A stretch of DNA of 64,000 bases from an uncultured Clostridia bacterium (lineage in GTDB: Bacteria; Bacillota; Clostridia; Christensenellales; Borkfalkiaceae), in NCBI GenBank assembly GCA_947176305.1, contig CAMWPZ010000001.1:4154-68153 (forward strand), written 5' to 3'. Shown piece by piece: positions 20,212 through 30,006 of the stretch. How positions within the stretch are numbered: position 1 is the first letter of the stretch; every line of letters begins with the position of its first letter. Under the pieces are notes generated by a model that saw only the letters and a list, made by a program, of their open reading frames with translations, was not told the origin of the DNA and did no database searches. The position numbers and the translations under genes were made by a program.

Positions 20212-20769
20212 TTACATAGGTCTTAAATTTTTGTTAAGCCTGTCCACAATCCTCGCAAGCCGCTTTTGCTTGCCTGCGTCGGTCTTTGCGTCGAAGTACG
20301 CTCTGGCGTAGGTTTTCTTAACGGACAGCGGCATAGCCTGAAAATTAGTGTAGGCTGGCTCATGTTCTTGAAGCAATGCGGAAAGAATTGCGATTGCTTC
20401 CTCGCCGAGCGACATCAAATCGGGCGCGTCCCACTGACCGTTATTTTTAGCTTCCTCAATCTTTTTTCTGCCGAAATCGGTCATAAGTCCGCGCTCTTCA
20501 AGGCTCTTGACGAGCGCTTTATTTTTATCCGACCACTTGCTTTTAGCCCTGCGCTCGGCAAAATATTTCTTATAAGTTTTGTCGTCAATGCTCTGCATCT
20601 GTCCGTCAATCCAGCCGAAACACAAAGCTTCTTCAAGCGCTTCTTCCGATTTAATGGTTTTCGTTCCGCTCTTTCCGAATAACAGCCAAACGCCCTCGCT
20701 CGACTTACAGTTTTCCGAAAGCCACTTCCTGAATTCTTCTCTATCTGCAAACGTCAATAAATCTGTCAT
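20212..20769 (-). CDS. YdeI/OmpD-associated family protein
   Basis: FADREEFRKWLSEN...GVWLLFGK...EEALCFGWIDGQ...KSKWSDKNK follows the YdeI-family pattern. Confidence 0.6.
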   Translation of the reverse strand: MTDLLTFADREEFRKWLSENCKSSEGVWLLFGKSGTKTIKSEEALEEALCFGWIDGQMQSIDDKTYKKYFAERRAKSKWSDKNKALVKSLEERGLMTDFGRKKIEEAKNNGQWDAPDLMSLGEEAIAILSALLQEHEPAYTNFQAMPLSVKKTYARAYFDAKTDAGKQKRLARIVDRLNKNLRPM

Positions 20770-20778
20770 ATTCGCTAC

Positions 20779-22104
20779 TTAATCACTTTTTTTCCTTGAA
20801 GCTTTCCAGTCTTTAATTTCCTGTAAACGCGCTTTGAAACGGCCCTCCACGCCCTCTTCCGTAGGGCGGTAATATTCCCTGTCCAACAGGTTATCGGGCA
20901 GGCACTGCATATCCGTAAGCTTGTCCTCGGTATCGTGCGCGTACTGATAACCCTTGCCGTATTCAAGCTCCTTCATAAGCTTTGTGGGCGCGTTGCGGAT
21001 AACCAAAGGTACCGGCTCGGCAAGCATAGTTATTGCGTCTTTTTTTGCCGCTCCGTAAGCAGTGTACAGCGCGTTTGACTTGGGCGCAAGCGACATATAC
21101 ACGACCGCCTCGGTAAGATGCACGGTGCATTCTGGCATACCTATAAGGTGGCAAGCCTGAAAAGCGGCAACGGCAATTTCAAGCGCGCGCGGGTCGGCAA
21201 GTCCTATGTCCTCGCTTGCAAAGCGGGTAACTCGCCGCGCAACGTATAACGGGTCCTCGCCCGCCTCCAACATACGCGCAAGCCAGTATACGGCAGCGTC
21301 GGGGTCGGAATTTCGCATCGACTTGTGCAGCGCGGAAATTATATTGTAATGCTCCTCGCCTTTCTTGTCGTAAAGCAGTGATTTTTTGGAAATGCACTGC
21401 TCTAACGTTTCGGCGGTAACCACCGTTTTCGTTCCGTCGAACACGCCGTTCAGTACAGCCATTTCTAGAGTGGAAAGCGCGCTGCGCGCGTCGCCGTTTG
21501 CGAAGTTCGCAATGCTTTCAATCAGGTCGTCCGAAATTTCCACCGTCTGCCCGCCGAAGCCGCGCTCGTCCGTCAAAGCGTGTTTTAAAAGCTCGCACAG
21601 CTCTTCACATTTCAACTCCTGCAATACGAAAACTTTACAGCGCGACAGAAGTGCGCCGTTTACCTCGAACGACGGATTTTCGGTTGTCGCGCCGATTAGT
21701 ATTATACTGCCTTTTTCGACGAACGGCAGAAACGCGTCCTGCTGAGCCTTGTTAAAGCGGTGAATTTCATCCACGAAAAGAATAGTCTTTCCGCCGAATC
21801 GGCGGCTTTTTTCGGCTTGCTCCATAACCGATTTTATTTCTTTAATGCCGCTCGTGACCGCCGAAAAATCAATGAAATCTGCTTTGGTGCGGTTGGCGAT
21901 TATTCGGGCGAGCGTTGTCTTGCCCACGCCGGGAGGGCCCCAGAAAATCATTGAGCTGACGTTGTCGCTTTCAATGAGCCTGCGCAAAACCTTGCCCTCG
22001 CCCAGAAGGTGTTTTTGTCCGCAGTATTCGTCCAACGACTGCGGGCGCAGTCTTGCCGCCAGCGGCTGACTCATTGAATTTTCAAAAAACGTTTCCTGAT
22101 ACAT
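20779..22104 (-). CDS. rarA: Replication-associated recombination protein A (AAA+ ATPase)
   Basis: Walker A FWGPPGVGKTTLARIIA, Walker B ILFVDEIHRFNKAQQD, and a MgsA-type C-terminal half. The start is taken at ATG 22104 (MYQETFF), which abuts the upstream gene's stop at 22106, rather than the track start at 22143. Confidence 0.85.
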   Translation of the reverse strand: MYQETFFENSMSQPLAARLRPQSLDEYCGQKHLLGEGKVLRRLIESDNVSSMIFWGPPGVGKTTLARIIANRTKADFIDFSAVTSGIKEIKSVMEQAEKSRRFGGKTILFVDEIHRFNKAQQDAFLPFVEKGSIILIGATTENPSFEVNGALLSRCKVFVLQELKCEELCELLKHALTDERGFGGQTVEISDDLIESIANFANGDARSALSTLEMAVLNGVFDGTKTVVTAETLEQCISKKSLLYDKKGEEHYNIISALHKSMRNSDPDAAVYWLARMLEAGEDPLYVARRVTRFASEDIGLADPRALEIAVAAFQACHLIGMPECTVHLTEAVVYMSLAPKSNALYTAYGAAKKDAITMLAEPVPLVIRNAPTKLMKELEYGKGYQYAHDTEDKLTDMQCLPDNLLDREYYRPTEEGVEGRFKARLQEIKDWKASRKKSD

Positions 22105-22105
22105 T

Positions 22106-22552
22106 TTACTTCCTTTTTTCAAACTTTTCCTTCGCGTAGGCATGAGCTTCGGAAATAAGAGACTTTAACCTTTCAAACGTTTCGTCGGACGGATTAAGAC
22201 AGCACAGCCAGCTCATCCAGCCGTACACGGGGTGCGGCATTATTTTGTCCGTTGCGGTAAAGTCAAAATCCATATCCACGATTCCGCCTTTTGGCGGACG
22301 CGCGGGGATATGCCCGAACAAATTTAAAAACGTTTGCTTGCGCACGCCGAGGTTGACGCGGTATATTCCCTCCCTGTCAAGGTTTGACGAGCTGTCGTTT
22401 TCACCGTCCTTTTCCTTTACGGTAAGAATATAAACCCCGCGTTTCAGCTTGTTTTCGGGATTGTAGAAAATTCCTCTCTCGCCCCAACTGTTCACGAGCA
22501 CAACGCCATCTAAATTTTCAAGGCAGTATTTTATAATTTCATCTGCAGTCAT
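22106..22552 (-). CDS. Hypothetical protein (possibly DUF6194-like)
   Basis: 148 aa with no catalytic motif. The GIYRVNLGVRKQTF segment recalls DUF6194. The assignment is weak. Confidence 0.3.
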   Translation of the reverse strand: MTADEIIKYCLENLDGVVLVNSWGERGIFYNPENKLKRGVYILTVKEKDGENDSSSNLDREGIYRVNLGVRKQTFLNLFGHIPARPPKGGIVDMDFDFTATDKIMPHPVYGWMSWLCCLNPSDETFERLKSLISEAHAYAKEKFEKRK

Positions 22553-22571
22553 ATAAAACCTCTTGCAAAAG

Positions 22572-25500
22572 TTACGCCGCGGATGCGTTGTTATTAATCT
22601 GCTCGATAACGGCTCTTATCCCTGCCCATACGGACATATCGCGGAAAACTTCGACGATGCTTCCGCGGTCGGTAAAAGGCGATTCGCGCAAGACTGATAA
22701 ATCTTTCATTACCCCGTTATGCACGACGTACTCGACAATCTGGTTTACGAAATAAATCTGCCTGCTGTCGAGGCTTGTATCGTTCAGATATTTTGCGAAC
22801 GCTTCCTTTGCCGCCGCCATGTCAAGCCCGACGATTTCCCTTACGAACTCACCGAGAGGCTTCTCTCCGAACTCCGCCTCGTATTCCGGCTTCGTTCCCA
22901 CTTCGCCCCACAAAATCTTTTCAAGCTCTTTCACGTCGTCCGCGGTAAGCGGCTTGTTGGTTTTCAGTTTAGCTATCGCGGCGTTATCCTCGTGCTGATG
23001 AATGTAATATTCCGCCTTGGCTCTGTAATTCTTCAGATCCTCGCTGTCAAGCTCGGCTTCCCGCCATTCGGAGGATAATATGTCGTCCGTAAAGTTAGTG
23101 GTGTAAATTATTTCGGTGTGCGGAATATACTTTATCAATTCGCGGATACGCTCGCGTATATGCTCGAACTCGTTTATCCCCGCATTTTCGAGATAATCGC
23201 TTTGAAGAATCTGATTGATAAATTCCGACTGTGCCATTATCTCGGGAATATTGGCAACGCCCGCAACCGCTCTTACTTTTTTAATTAAATCCTTACGCGC
23301 CCGAGAATACGTCTTCCCCGCAAGATATGCAAGCTCTATTCCGTACATAAGCGCGTCAAATCTCACGGCGCTCGTTTCGTCGCTGTCGGGCAATATCAAG
23401 GGCGATATTTCCTCGGAAATTATCAGCGTATCTTCATAGGTTAGCGCCGAATAATTTTCAACCGCGGAATACTTTTCAACGTAACGCAAGTGCTGTTTGA
23501 CCGCAAAATTCTCGCGGTTCAACGCGCTCACCTTGCCGGCCATTTCGTCAACAAGGCTTTTGCGGAATTTGATTAAATCGTCCGTTTGATAGGCAATATC
23601 CTGCAGCTTAAAAACAATCTGCGCCTTTAAGCTGAATATCGCGCCCTGCAAAGCAAGCGCGTTCGCCGTGGCTCTGCCCTTGTTCATACGGAAGAACTCG
23701 AAGTTCCCGCAGAAATCGAAAATATAAAACTTGTTCTTATCTTTGCCGTCTAAAAGGCCGGGGCAAAGCCTTGTTCCGCGCCCTATCATCTGCCAGAATT
23801 TCGCCTTGCTCATTACTTTTTTGAAGAATACGAGGTTAAGTATCTCGGGGATATCTATGCCCGTATCCAGCATATCTACGGAAATTGCTATCTGCGGCAA
23901 TTTGTTCGCGCGCGAAAATTCATCTATCGCGCTTTGCGCATAGTTTATTTTATTATCTATTACCTTCGCGTACCCGACCAGATGCGGATATTCCTTCCCG
24001 AACACTTCCAAAATTTTTTCTGCGTGGCGGTGGTTTTTCGCAAAGATTATAGTCTTGCCTATCTTCGCGCCGTAGTCGGTTTTTATGCCGTCAGCCATAA
24101 GAATACGCAGAACTTGCTTTATGGTGTCCTCGTTGAATATCCACTCGTTAAGCGCGTTAGAGCTAATGCTTTCAGGCGTTTCGCCGTTTTCGTCGGCAAA
24201 GGTTCTTTCGTAAATTTCCTTTTCATCCTCGGGCAGTTCGTCGTATACTATGCCCTGCTCAATGAACTTCAGCTTGGTTTCTATGGAAAGGAAATCAACG
24301 AGATATCCGTCGTTTACCGCTTGGGCAAGCTCATAACCGTAGGTCGGCACGCCCTTTTCAAGCTCGAAAATTTCGTAAGTGTTTTTATCTATCTCGTCCT
24401 TCGGGGTTGCCGTCAGTCCGACGAGCGGCGCGTCAAAATAAGTGAATATATCGCGGTACTTATTGTAAATCGAACGGTGCGCCTCGTCGCAGATTACCAA
24501 ATCGAAATGCCCGCAGGTGAACAGCTTACCCTCGTTGTCCTTCGCCTCGTCGATGCAGTTCATCATAGTCTGGTACGTCGAGAACACGCAGTGCGCCGAA
24601 TAGTTATCTTTTTCTTCACAGAGGTTGGTTACCGACAAATCGGGCAGCAGGTTTACGAAGCTGCGCTTTGCCTGCGTAACGAGCGCGTTCCTGTCCGCAA
24701 GGAACAGGATATTCTTTACCCAACCGCGTTTTAAAAGCACGTCGCACAGCCCGATTACCGTTCGCGTTTTGCCCGAACCGGTAGCCATAACTAAAAGCGC
24801 CTTTCTGCGGTTTTTCTCGCCGAAAGCCGCACACACAGCTTTGATTGCGCCTTCCTGATAATATCTTCCCGCTATGCTTTTATCCACGTACACGTTTTTC
24901 AGACTTGTCCGCATGGTGCGCAGGTTGAACAGCTTTTCCAAATCGCGCTTGGAATATATCGCCGCGACTTTGCGTTCGGGATAATAATTGTCCTCCCATA
25001 TCCGCGTTTCGAAACCGTTGGTAAGGAATATTACGGGACGGCGCCCGAATTTGCGCTCTAATAAATCAGCGTACAGCTTAGCCTGTTGTCTGCCGATTGC
25101 AACGTCCTTGCAGGTCTTTTTTGCTTCTATCACGGCTAGCGGCTTTCCGTCGTCGCCGAACAAAACGTAATCCGCATATCCCACGCCCGTAGCGTTGGGC
25201 ATACCCGAAAGCTCGTATTCGTTGAGCCAGTTCCTGCCTTCCGTCCAGCCCGAATCCTGCAGCATTATGTCTATGTACAGCTTGCGCGTTTGATATTCGG
25301 TCGGTTCCGAAGGCGGCGCATAAGTTTTCTTTTGCTCTTCGCGGCGCGCCGTAAGCTGAGCCTTTAACCTTTGGTTTTCGGCGATAAGCTTTTCAAAATC
25401 TATATCGGAAGCCGCGTCAACGGGCTGCTCGGTTTTGTCGTTCAGAAGTTCGGGATTATATTTCCTTTCTTCGTATTCGTCCGCATAGAAGTATGCTACT

Positions 25501-25862
25501 AAGTCGAGGAACACGAACAGGTTTTCAAGGCAAAGCTTTACCTGCTCGGGTTTGACCTTTTTACCGCCGTGCGCCGCACTGTTGCCGACTTTGCGGATAT
25601 AATCGAGCCGCTTTATTATATCGGCGCCTACGATTTTGCGGAATTCTTCCGTGCTTGTAAGCACGGCGAAGGTGTCGTCGTAAGCGGGCTTTTGCAGTTC
25701 CGCGTCTACGGAATACATCCACTTTACGGCAAACTCCGCCGCGCGGCGGCAGTTTATCGCACTCGCCTCCGCGTCGATATTAAATATTTTTTCGGCTGAA
25801 ATCGCAACATCCGCAAACGCCGAAAATTTTTCTTCATTTTTCAAAAAATCAAAGTTTGTCAT
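22572..25862 (-). CDS. hsdR: Type I restriction enzyme R subunit
   Basis: 1096 aa. PD-(D/E)xK nuclease block YADYVLFGDDGKPLAVIEAKK. Helicase motifs LVMATGSGKTRT, LVICDEAHRS (DEAH) and QMIGRGTR. EcoEI-type C-terminal helical tail. Last gene of the fic-hsdM-hsdS-RT-hsdR string. Confidence 0.9.
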   Translation of the reverse strand: MTNFDFLKNEEKFSAFADVAISAEKIFNIDAEASAINCRRAAEFAVKWMYSVDAELQKPAYDDTFAVLTSTEEFRKIVGADIIKRLDYIRKVGNSAAHGGKKVKPEQVKLCLENLFVFLDLVAYFYADEYEERKYNPELLNDKTEQPVDAASDIDFEKLIAENQRLKAQLTARREEQKKTYAPPSEPTEYQTRKLYIDIMLQDSGWTEGRNWLNEYELSGMPNATGVGYADYVLFGDDGKPLAVIEAKKTCKDVAIGRQQAKLYADLLERKFGRRPVIFLTNGFETRIWEDNYYPERKVAAIYSKRDLEKLFNLRTMRTSLKNVYVDKSIAGRYYQEGAIKAVCAAFGEKNRRKALLVMATGSGKTRTVIGLCDVLLKRGWVKNILFLADRNALVTQAKRSFVNLLPDLSVTNLCEEKDNYSAHCVFSTYQTMMNCIDEAKDNEGKLFTCGHFDLVICDEAHRSIYNKYRDIFTYFDAPLVGLTATPKDEIDKNTYEIFELEKGVPTYGYELAQAVNDGYLVDFLSIETKLKFIEQGIVYDELPEDEKEIYERTFADENGETPESISSNALNEWIFNEDTIKQVLRILMADGIKTDYGAKIGKTIIFAKNHRHAEKILEVFGKEYPHLVGYAKVIDNKINYAQSAIDEFSRANKLPQIAISVDMLDTGIDIPEILNLVFFKKVMSKAKFWQMIGRGTRLCPGLLDGKDKNKFYIFDFCGNFEFFRMNKGRATANALALQGAIFSLKAQIVFKLQDIAYQTDDLIKFRKSLVDEMAGKVSALNRENFAVKQHLRYVEKYSAVENYSALTYEDTLIISEEISPLILPDSDETSAVRFDALMYGIELAYLAGKTYSRARKDLIKKVRAVAGVANIPEIMAQSEFINQILQSDYLENAGINEFEHIRERIRELIKYIPHTEIIYTTNFTDDILSSEWREAELDSEDLKNYRAKAEYYIHQHEDNAAIAKLKTNKPLTADDVKELEKILWGEVGTKPEYEAEFGEKPLGEFVREIVGLDMAAAKEAFAKYLNDTSLDSRQIYFVNQIVEYVVHNGVMKDLSVLRESPFTDRGSIVEVFRDMSVWAGIRAVIEQINNNASAA

Positions 25863-25871
25863 ATTTTACTC

Positions 25872-27371
25872 TTATATACTTGTAAACTTAACTTTGTGTC
25901 TTTTCAATTCTTTCCAATCGCCCTTCAAATCACTTTCTGGTAAACATTCATAAATAAACAACCAGTTTCTATCAAAATCTTCAGTTGAATATTTTATTGA
26001 ACGAGCATATGATTTTATTTCTTTTGTTGCTTTTACATCACCAATTTTTGAAAAATATTTAAATGCAAGCAAATTGAAAATGCAGTCCTTAGAATTAGTT
26101 GCATTAGAAGCCATGAAGCCATCTAAATTGAAATTATACTTTATAGCGAAATAAATAGCATAACTTACACTCTCATAATTTTTTCTTTTTAAACCATTTG
26201 TAAACAACAAATTAGAAATTCTTTCTATATCTTTCACATCCGTTTTATAAGGTTTAAAAACATATTCGTCCAAATAAGGAATTAAATAAGGATAAATATA
26301 AGCATATTGCGAAATAGTTTGAAACGCATATTTCTTTGCGCTTTTGCTTAATGTTCGCCCTCTCAATGATTTTATCGCGTATGTGAGAATCGCAGCGTTA
26401 TTGTCATTGGCTTTCATCAGTTCAATAGCACTATCGAGAAAAGCCCTTACCGCATAGAAATCTATATATTTGTCTTTTTTTAATACAATTGATGTGTTTA
26501 ATTGGCGTTTCCACTTTTCAACTATTGCGGTTGGCAATTCCATTATACTTAATTTTTTATAATTTAATTGCAAATCGAATTCTTGTAATGCATCTGACAA
26601 GTCAGATATGAAATCTTGCGCTTTTTCATTACTTTCGACATAACAAGAATAGTCATCAATGTATCTAATAAATCGATATCCTTTATCAAATAAAGTCTTA
26701 TCAACTACTACTAAAATAATTTCCGATAACAAGTTACTCGCATGTGGTCCAATTAACAAACCATGCGTCTCTCCGCCTTTTATTTTTTGTACTGATTCAT
26801 CAATATCATTGTACCAATTACCGCGCCTATTCCGTTTTGCAATTTCTTTCCCAACTAAAGCCCAAGTTAAAGAATGAGAGTAAATACTTGAGAAACAATT
26901 TGAAATGTCAGCCTGCACGATGTAACGATTGCCAAATAACAAATCGGGTTCTGGCTCTCCATCTAGCTCCCAATTGTTATAACTCATTGAGAACAATCTC
27001 TTAGTTCCATGCTTTTTTCTAATGTGTATTCGGCTTATTTTATAATCTTGATTAAGAGTATAATTTCTAAAATGATCCTTAATGTTTTCCCAATTATTTT
27101 TTAAACATAAACATAATTTATAATAAGCCATAGGATTAGGAATTCCTAATTCACGCGGAATATTTATGTTGCGCATATTTTTATAATTAATATACCCTGA
27201 CCCTTTATTATCTAAATTTGGAAAACTAGGATTGTTTTTTATACAATAATCATAAAAATATTTTCCAGTTAAGATTGGTATCAATTTATCAGAAAATAAA
27301 CCAAAAGCTAAAAATCCCTCAAACAACTGGTCTTCTGTAATATGTTCGGTCAATTCAATGTAACTTTTCAT
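25872..27371 (-). CDS. Reverse transcriptase, UG/Abi (defence-associated) type, RT plus helical C-terminal extension
   Basis: 499 aa with RT palm motifs QADISNCFSSIYSHS, GLLIGPHASNLLSEI, RFIRYIDDYSCYV (Y-x-D-D) and LQLNYKKLSI. A helical tail of about 200 aa follows. No maturase, endonuclease or Cas1 domain. It starts 5 nt after the hsdS stop and ends 9 nt before the hsdR start. Confidence 0.8.
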   Translation of the reverse strand: MKSYIELTEHITEDQLFEGFLAFGLFSDKLIPILTGKYFYDYCIKNNPSFPNLDNKGSGYINYKNMRNINIPRELGIPNPMAYYKLCLCLKNNWENIKDHFRNYTLNQDYKISRIHIRKKHGTKRLFSMSYNNWELDGEPEPDLLFGNRYIVQADISNCFSSIYSHSLTWALVGKEIAKRNRRGNWYNDIDESVQKIKGGETHGLLIGPHASNLLSEIILVVVDKTLFDKGYRFIRYIDDYSCYVESNEKAQDFISDLSDALQEFDLQLNYKKLSIMELPTAIVEKWKRQLNTSIVLKKDKYIDFYAVRAFLDSAIELMKANDNNAAILTYAIKSLRGRTLSKSAKKYAFQTISQYAYIYPYLIPYLDEYVFKPYKTDVKDIERISNLLFTNGLKRKNYESVSYAIYFAIKYNFNLDGFMASNATNSKDCIFNLLAFKYFSKIGDVKATKEIKSYARSIKYSTEDFDRNWLFIYECLPESDLKGDWKELKRHKVKFTSI

Positions 27372-27376
27372 TCTTT

Positions 27377-28504
27377 CTATCCAAAGTATTTTTGCATTAA
27401 TGCTTTTTTTAATGTTTGTAATTTTTCAAGACTTTGCTCGATTCTAATTCTTGTTTTTTGTATCTGCTCAACAAAAGTAGCAAACTTATCTTGTTCGCGA
27501 AGCGGAGGCTCTGATATTTCCATTTTTTTTATAACAGCCTGAGAAATATTGGGTTGCGCTCCACCAGCGCATTGAGAAATCATCCATTCTTTCTTGCTCA
27601 AAATGGCATAAAACAAATACAATGGATTAAAACGCTTGTTAGGCAAAATACCGCACACAGCTTGATTGGAAGTTGTGCTAATTTTAAGTAATCCCACTTG
27701 ACCAGCCGTTGCTCCATACATTGCAACGACTACAGTGTTTTCCGGCATCCATTTTGCAGAGGAGTTTTCAAGTCCTTCTTCAGAAATTCTCTTTTTTATA
27801 TTAAAAATCATACCTTGAGCAACTTCCCCACTGGTCAGCCACGGAATATTACCGTTTTCATAATATTCTGCGTGAGATTTATCAGGCGTACCCCCTGAAG
27901 TTGTCGAAAAAATATCACCAATTTTTATTTTAGTAGTCTTTTGATTTGCAAACATCTTGTTAAATTTAGACTTAACAAGCAAGTCGAGTTTTTCAAGTTG
28001 CTGTTTTCGTTTTTCTATTAAATCGCTAAGCCTATCTAATTTCTTTACAACTTGCGATTGAATTTGTAACGTAGGCAAATAAATATATTTTTGCGTTAAT
28101 GTAGCTTTATTTAAAGTTAATCCCTTTACCGCTTTATTACTGCCCTCTGTCCAATCAATCCCATTAAACAAATAATACAAATAATCTTTATTAAACTGAT
28201 TTTTGCCCTTGTCAATGAATGCCATGATCGCTTCATTTGTATATAACTCACTAGCAGTTATAGCCACCTTTCCAATAGATAACTTAAAGCTCATTAGCAC
28301 TGTGTTGGCAGGAACTTTTTTTATACCACTCTCTTGTACCGCTTTATCGCTAATACATTCTTTAGTGTTAAAAATATATTTATCACAAGCGGATAAGTCT
28401 GAAATTGAAACCCATTTATTTTCGCCTCCCCAATAATCAGAATTGTTACGACTTGGGGTTTTCCCCATTTGCAAATCAAAAACATCCCCTAACCTTACTT
28501 TCAC
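27377..28504 (-). CDS. hsdS: Type I R-M specificity subunit
   Basis: 375 aa with two target-recognition halves, each opening with a GD(V/I)F...G(K/G)TP motif (VRLGDVFDLQMGKTPSR; IKIGDIFSTTSGGTPDK). Coiled spacers (LDRLSDLIEKRKQQLEKLD; IEQSLEKLQTLKKALMQ). ATGA overlap with hsdM. Confidence 0.85.
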   Translation of the reverse strand: MKVRLGDVFDLQMGKTPSRNNSDYWGGENKWVSISDLSACDKYIFNTKECISDKAVQESGIKKVPANTVLMSFKLSIGKVAITASELYTNEAIMAFIDKGKNQFNKDYLYYLFNGIDWTEGSNKAVKGLTLNKATLTQKYIYLPTLQIQSQVVKKLDRLSDLIEKRKQQLEKLDLLVKSKFNKMFANQKTTKIKIGDIFSTTSGGTPDKSHAEYYENGNIPWLTSGEVAQGMIFNIKKRISEEGLENSSAKWMPENTVVVAMYGATAGQVGLLKISTTSNQAVCGILPNKRFNPLYLFYAILSKKEWMISQCAGGAQPNISQAVIKKMEISEPPLREQDKFATFVEQIQKTRIRIEQSLEKLQTLKKALMQKYFG

Positions 28505-30006
28505 AACAAGCCCTCCAATTCGGCGAGACCTAAGGTTATTTCCTTTTCAAGCTCTTGCAGGTCAGCCATAAGCTCTTGCGTGGAAGGATATTTTTCCGCA
28601 ACGTATTCCGTCTTTTTATATTTGTTGATAGACAAATCGTAATCGTTGTCAACAATCTCCTGCTTGTCAACGAAAAAGCTCTGTTCGGTGCGCGCGCGCC
28701 CGTTCTCGGCTTCCAGATTATGAAAGCGCGCAATAATGTCGGGTATATCGTTTTCGGCTACGGACGTACGCTTATCGTCCAAAGACATGCCGTCCGCCTT
28801 CATATCGTAAAACCAAACCTTGTCCGTTCCGCCGTGCCCCGTTTTCGTGAAAACCATTACCGCGGTTGAAACCCCCGCATATGGCTTGAATACTCCCGAA
28901 GGCATTGAAATAATCGCAACAAGGCGGTGGTTTTCTATAATCTCTTTGCGTATAGCTTTATGCGCCGTGGACGAGCCGAAAAGCACGCCGTCGGGCACTA
29001 TGCAGGCGCAACGTCCGCCTGTGCGCAGCATACGCAAAAATAACGTTAAAAACAAAAGCTCGGTCTTTTTCGTCTTGCATACCCTTAACAGGTCGGTCGC
29101 AACTATATCGTAATCGAGGCTACCCTTAAAAGGCGGGTTGGCAAGAATAAGCGAATATTTATCTTTGTCCGTATTCTGGTCGGACAAGCTGTCGCGGTAC
29201 TCTATGTAAGGGTTGCTTATTCCGTGCGTCATCATATTCATCGCGCCGATACGGAGCATAGTTCTGTCCATATCATAGCCCGAAAACATCTTTTCCATAA
29301 GGTGATATAATTTTTCTTTATCGTAAAAAATCTGCTCCTTGTGGTGCTGTTTAAGGTATTCGGCGGCGTTTACCAAAAAGCCCGAAGTGCCGCAGGCGGG
29401 GTCGCAGATTACGTCGTCGGGATTGGGCTGCATCATTTCAACAATCATTTTAATTATGTGGCGCGGCGTGCGGAACTGACCGTTCAGTCCCGATTGGGAA
29501 ATCTTCGAAAGCAAGTACTCGTAAACGTCGCCCTTCGTGTCGTTCGCGTCGTTGTCCTGCATTTTTTCCATAAGCGCGTAAATATTGTCCAGCGCATCGA
29601 TTATTTTAGACAATAACAGCGCCGTGGGTATTTTAAAAATTGCGTCGTCCATATACTTCGAGTAAGCGCTGTTCTTGTCGGAATGAAGCCCCTTGATAAA
29701 CGGGAATACCCATTCCTGAATTATGGAATATACTATGTCAGCAGATAAATCGTGGAAGGAAGACCACTTTAACCGATTACCGTCTATCTTCCTTTCACCG
29801 ACGGTTACTTCGCCCGAAAATATGCTTTCATAGGGCAGTCCGAGCATTGCGCTTTCCTTGGCGCGCAAGTTGTCCGAATAATCCAAGTCGTGAATAAACA
29901 TTAAGTAAGTTATTTGCTCGATAACGTCAAGAGGATTTACAAGTCCGCCCGCCGCAAAAATATCCCAAAGGCTGTCGATTTTGTTTTTTAATTCGCCCGT
30001 AATCAT
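28501..30006 (-). CDS. hsdM: Type I R-M N6-adenine DNA methyltransferase subunit
   Basis: AdoMet motif I ICDPACGTSGFL and motif IV LILANPPFKG. The start is taken at ATG 30006 (MITGELKNKIDSLWD), giving a TAATG junction with the fic stop. The track start at 30027 is an alternative. Confidence 0.9.
   Translation of the reverse strand: MITGELKNKIDSLWDIFAAGGLVNPLDVIEQITYLMFIHDLDYSDNLRAKESAMLGLPYESIFSGEVTVGERKIDGNRLKWSSFHDLSADIVYSIIQEWVFPFIKGLHSDKNSAYSKYMDDAIFKIPTALLLSKIIDALDNIYALMEKMQDNDANDTKGDVYEYLLSKISQSGLNGQFRTPRHIIKMIVEMMQPNPDDVICDPACGTSGFLVNAAEYLKQHHKEQIFYDKEKLYHLMEKMFSGYDMDRTMLRIGAMNMMTHGISNPYIEYRDSLSDQNTDKDKYSLILANPPFKGSLDYDIVATDLLRVCKTKKTELLFLTLFLRMLRTGGRCACIVPDGVLFGSSTAHKAIRKEIIENHRLVAIISMPSGVFKPYAGVSTAVMVFTKTGHGGTDKVWFYDMKADGMSLDDKRTSVAENDIPDIIARFHNLEAENGRARTEQSFFVDKQEIVDNDYDLSINKYKKTEYVAEKYPSTQELMADLQELEKEITLGLAELEGLL

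Noticed and set aside
23934-24734. 266-aa + strand ORF, and other + ORFs at 22719-25799
   Set aside because: They are antisense to the hsdR frame, which has all nuclease and helicase motifs. There is no RBS or domain signal.
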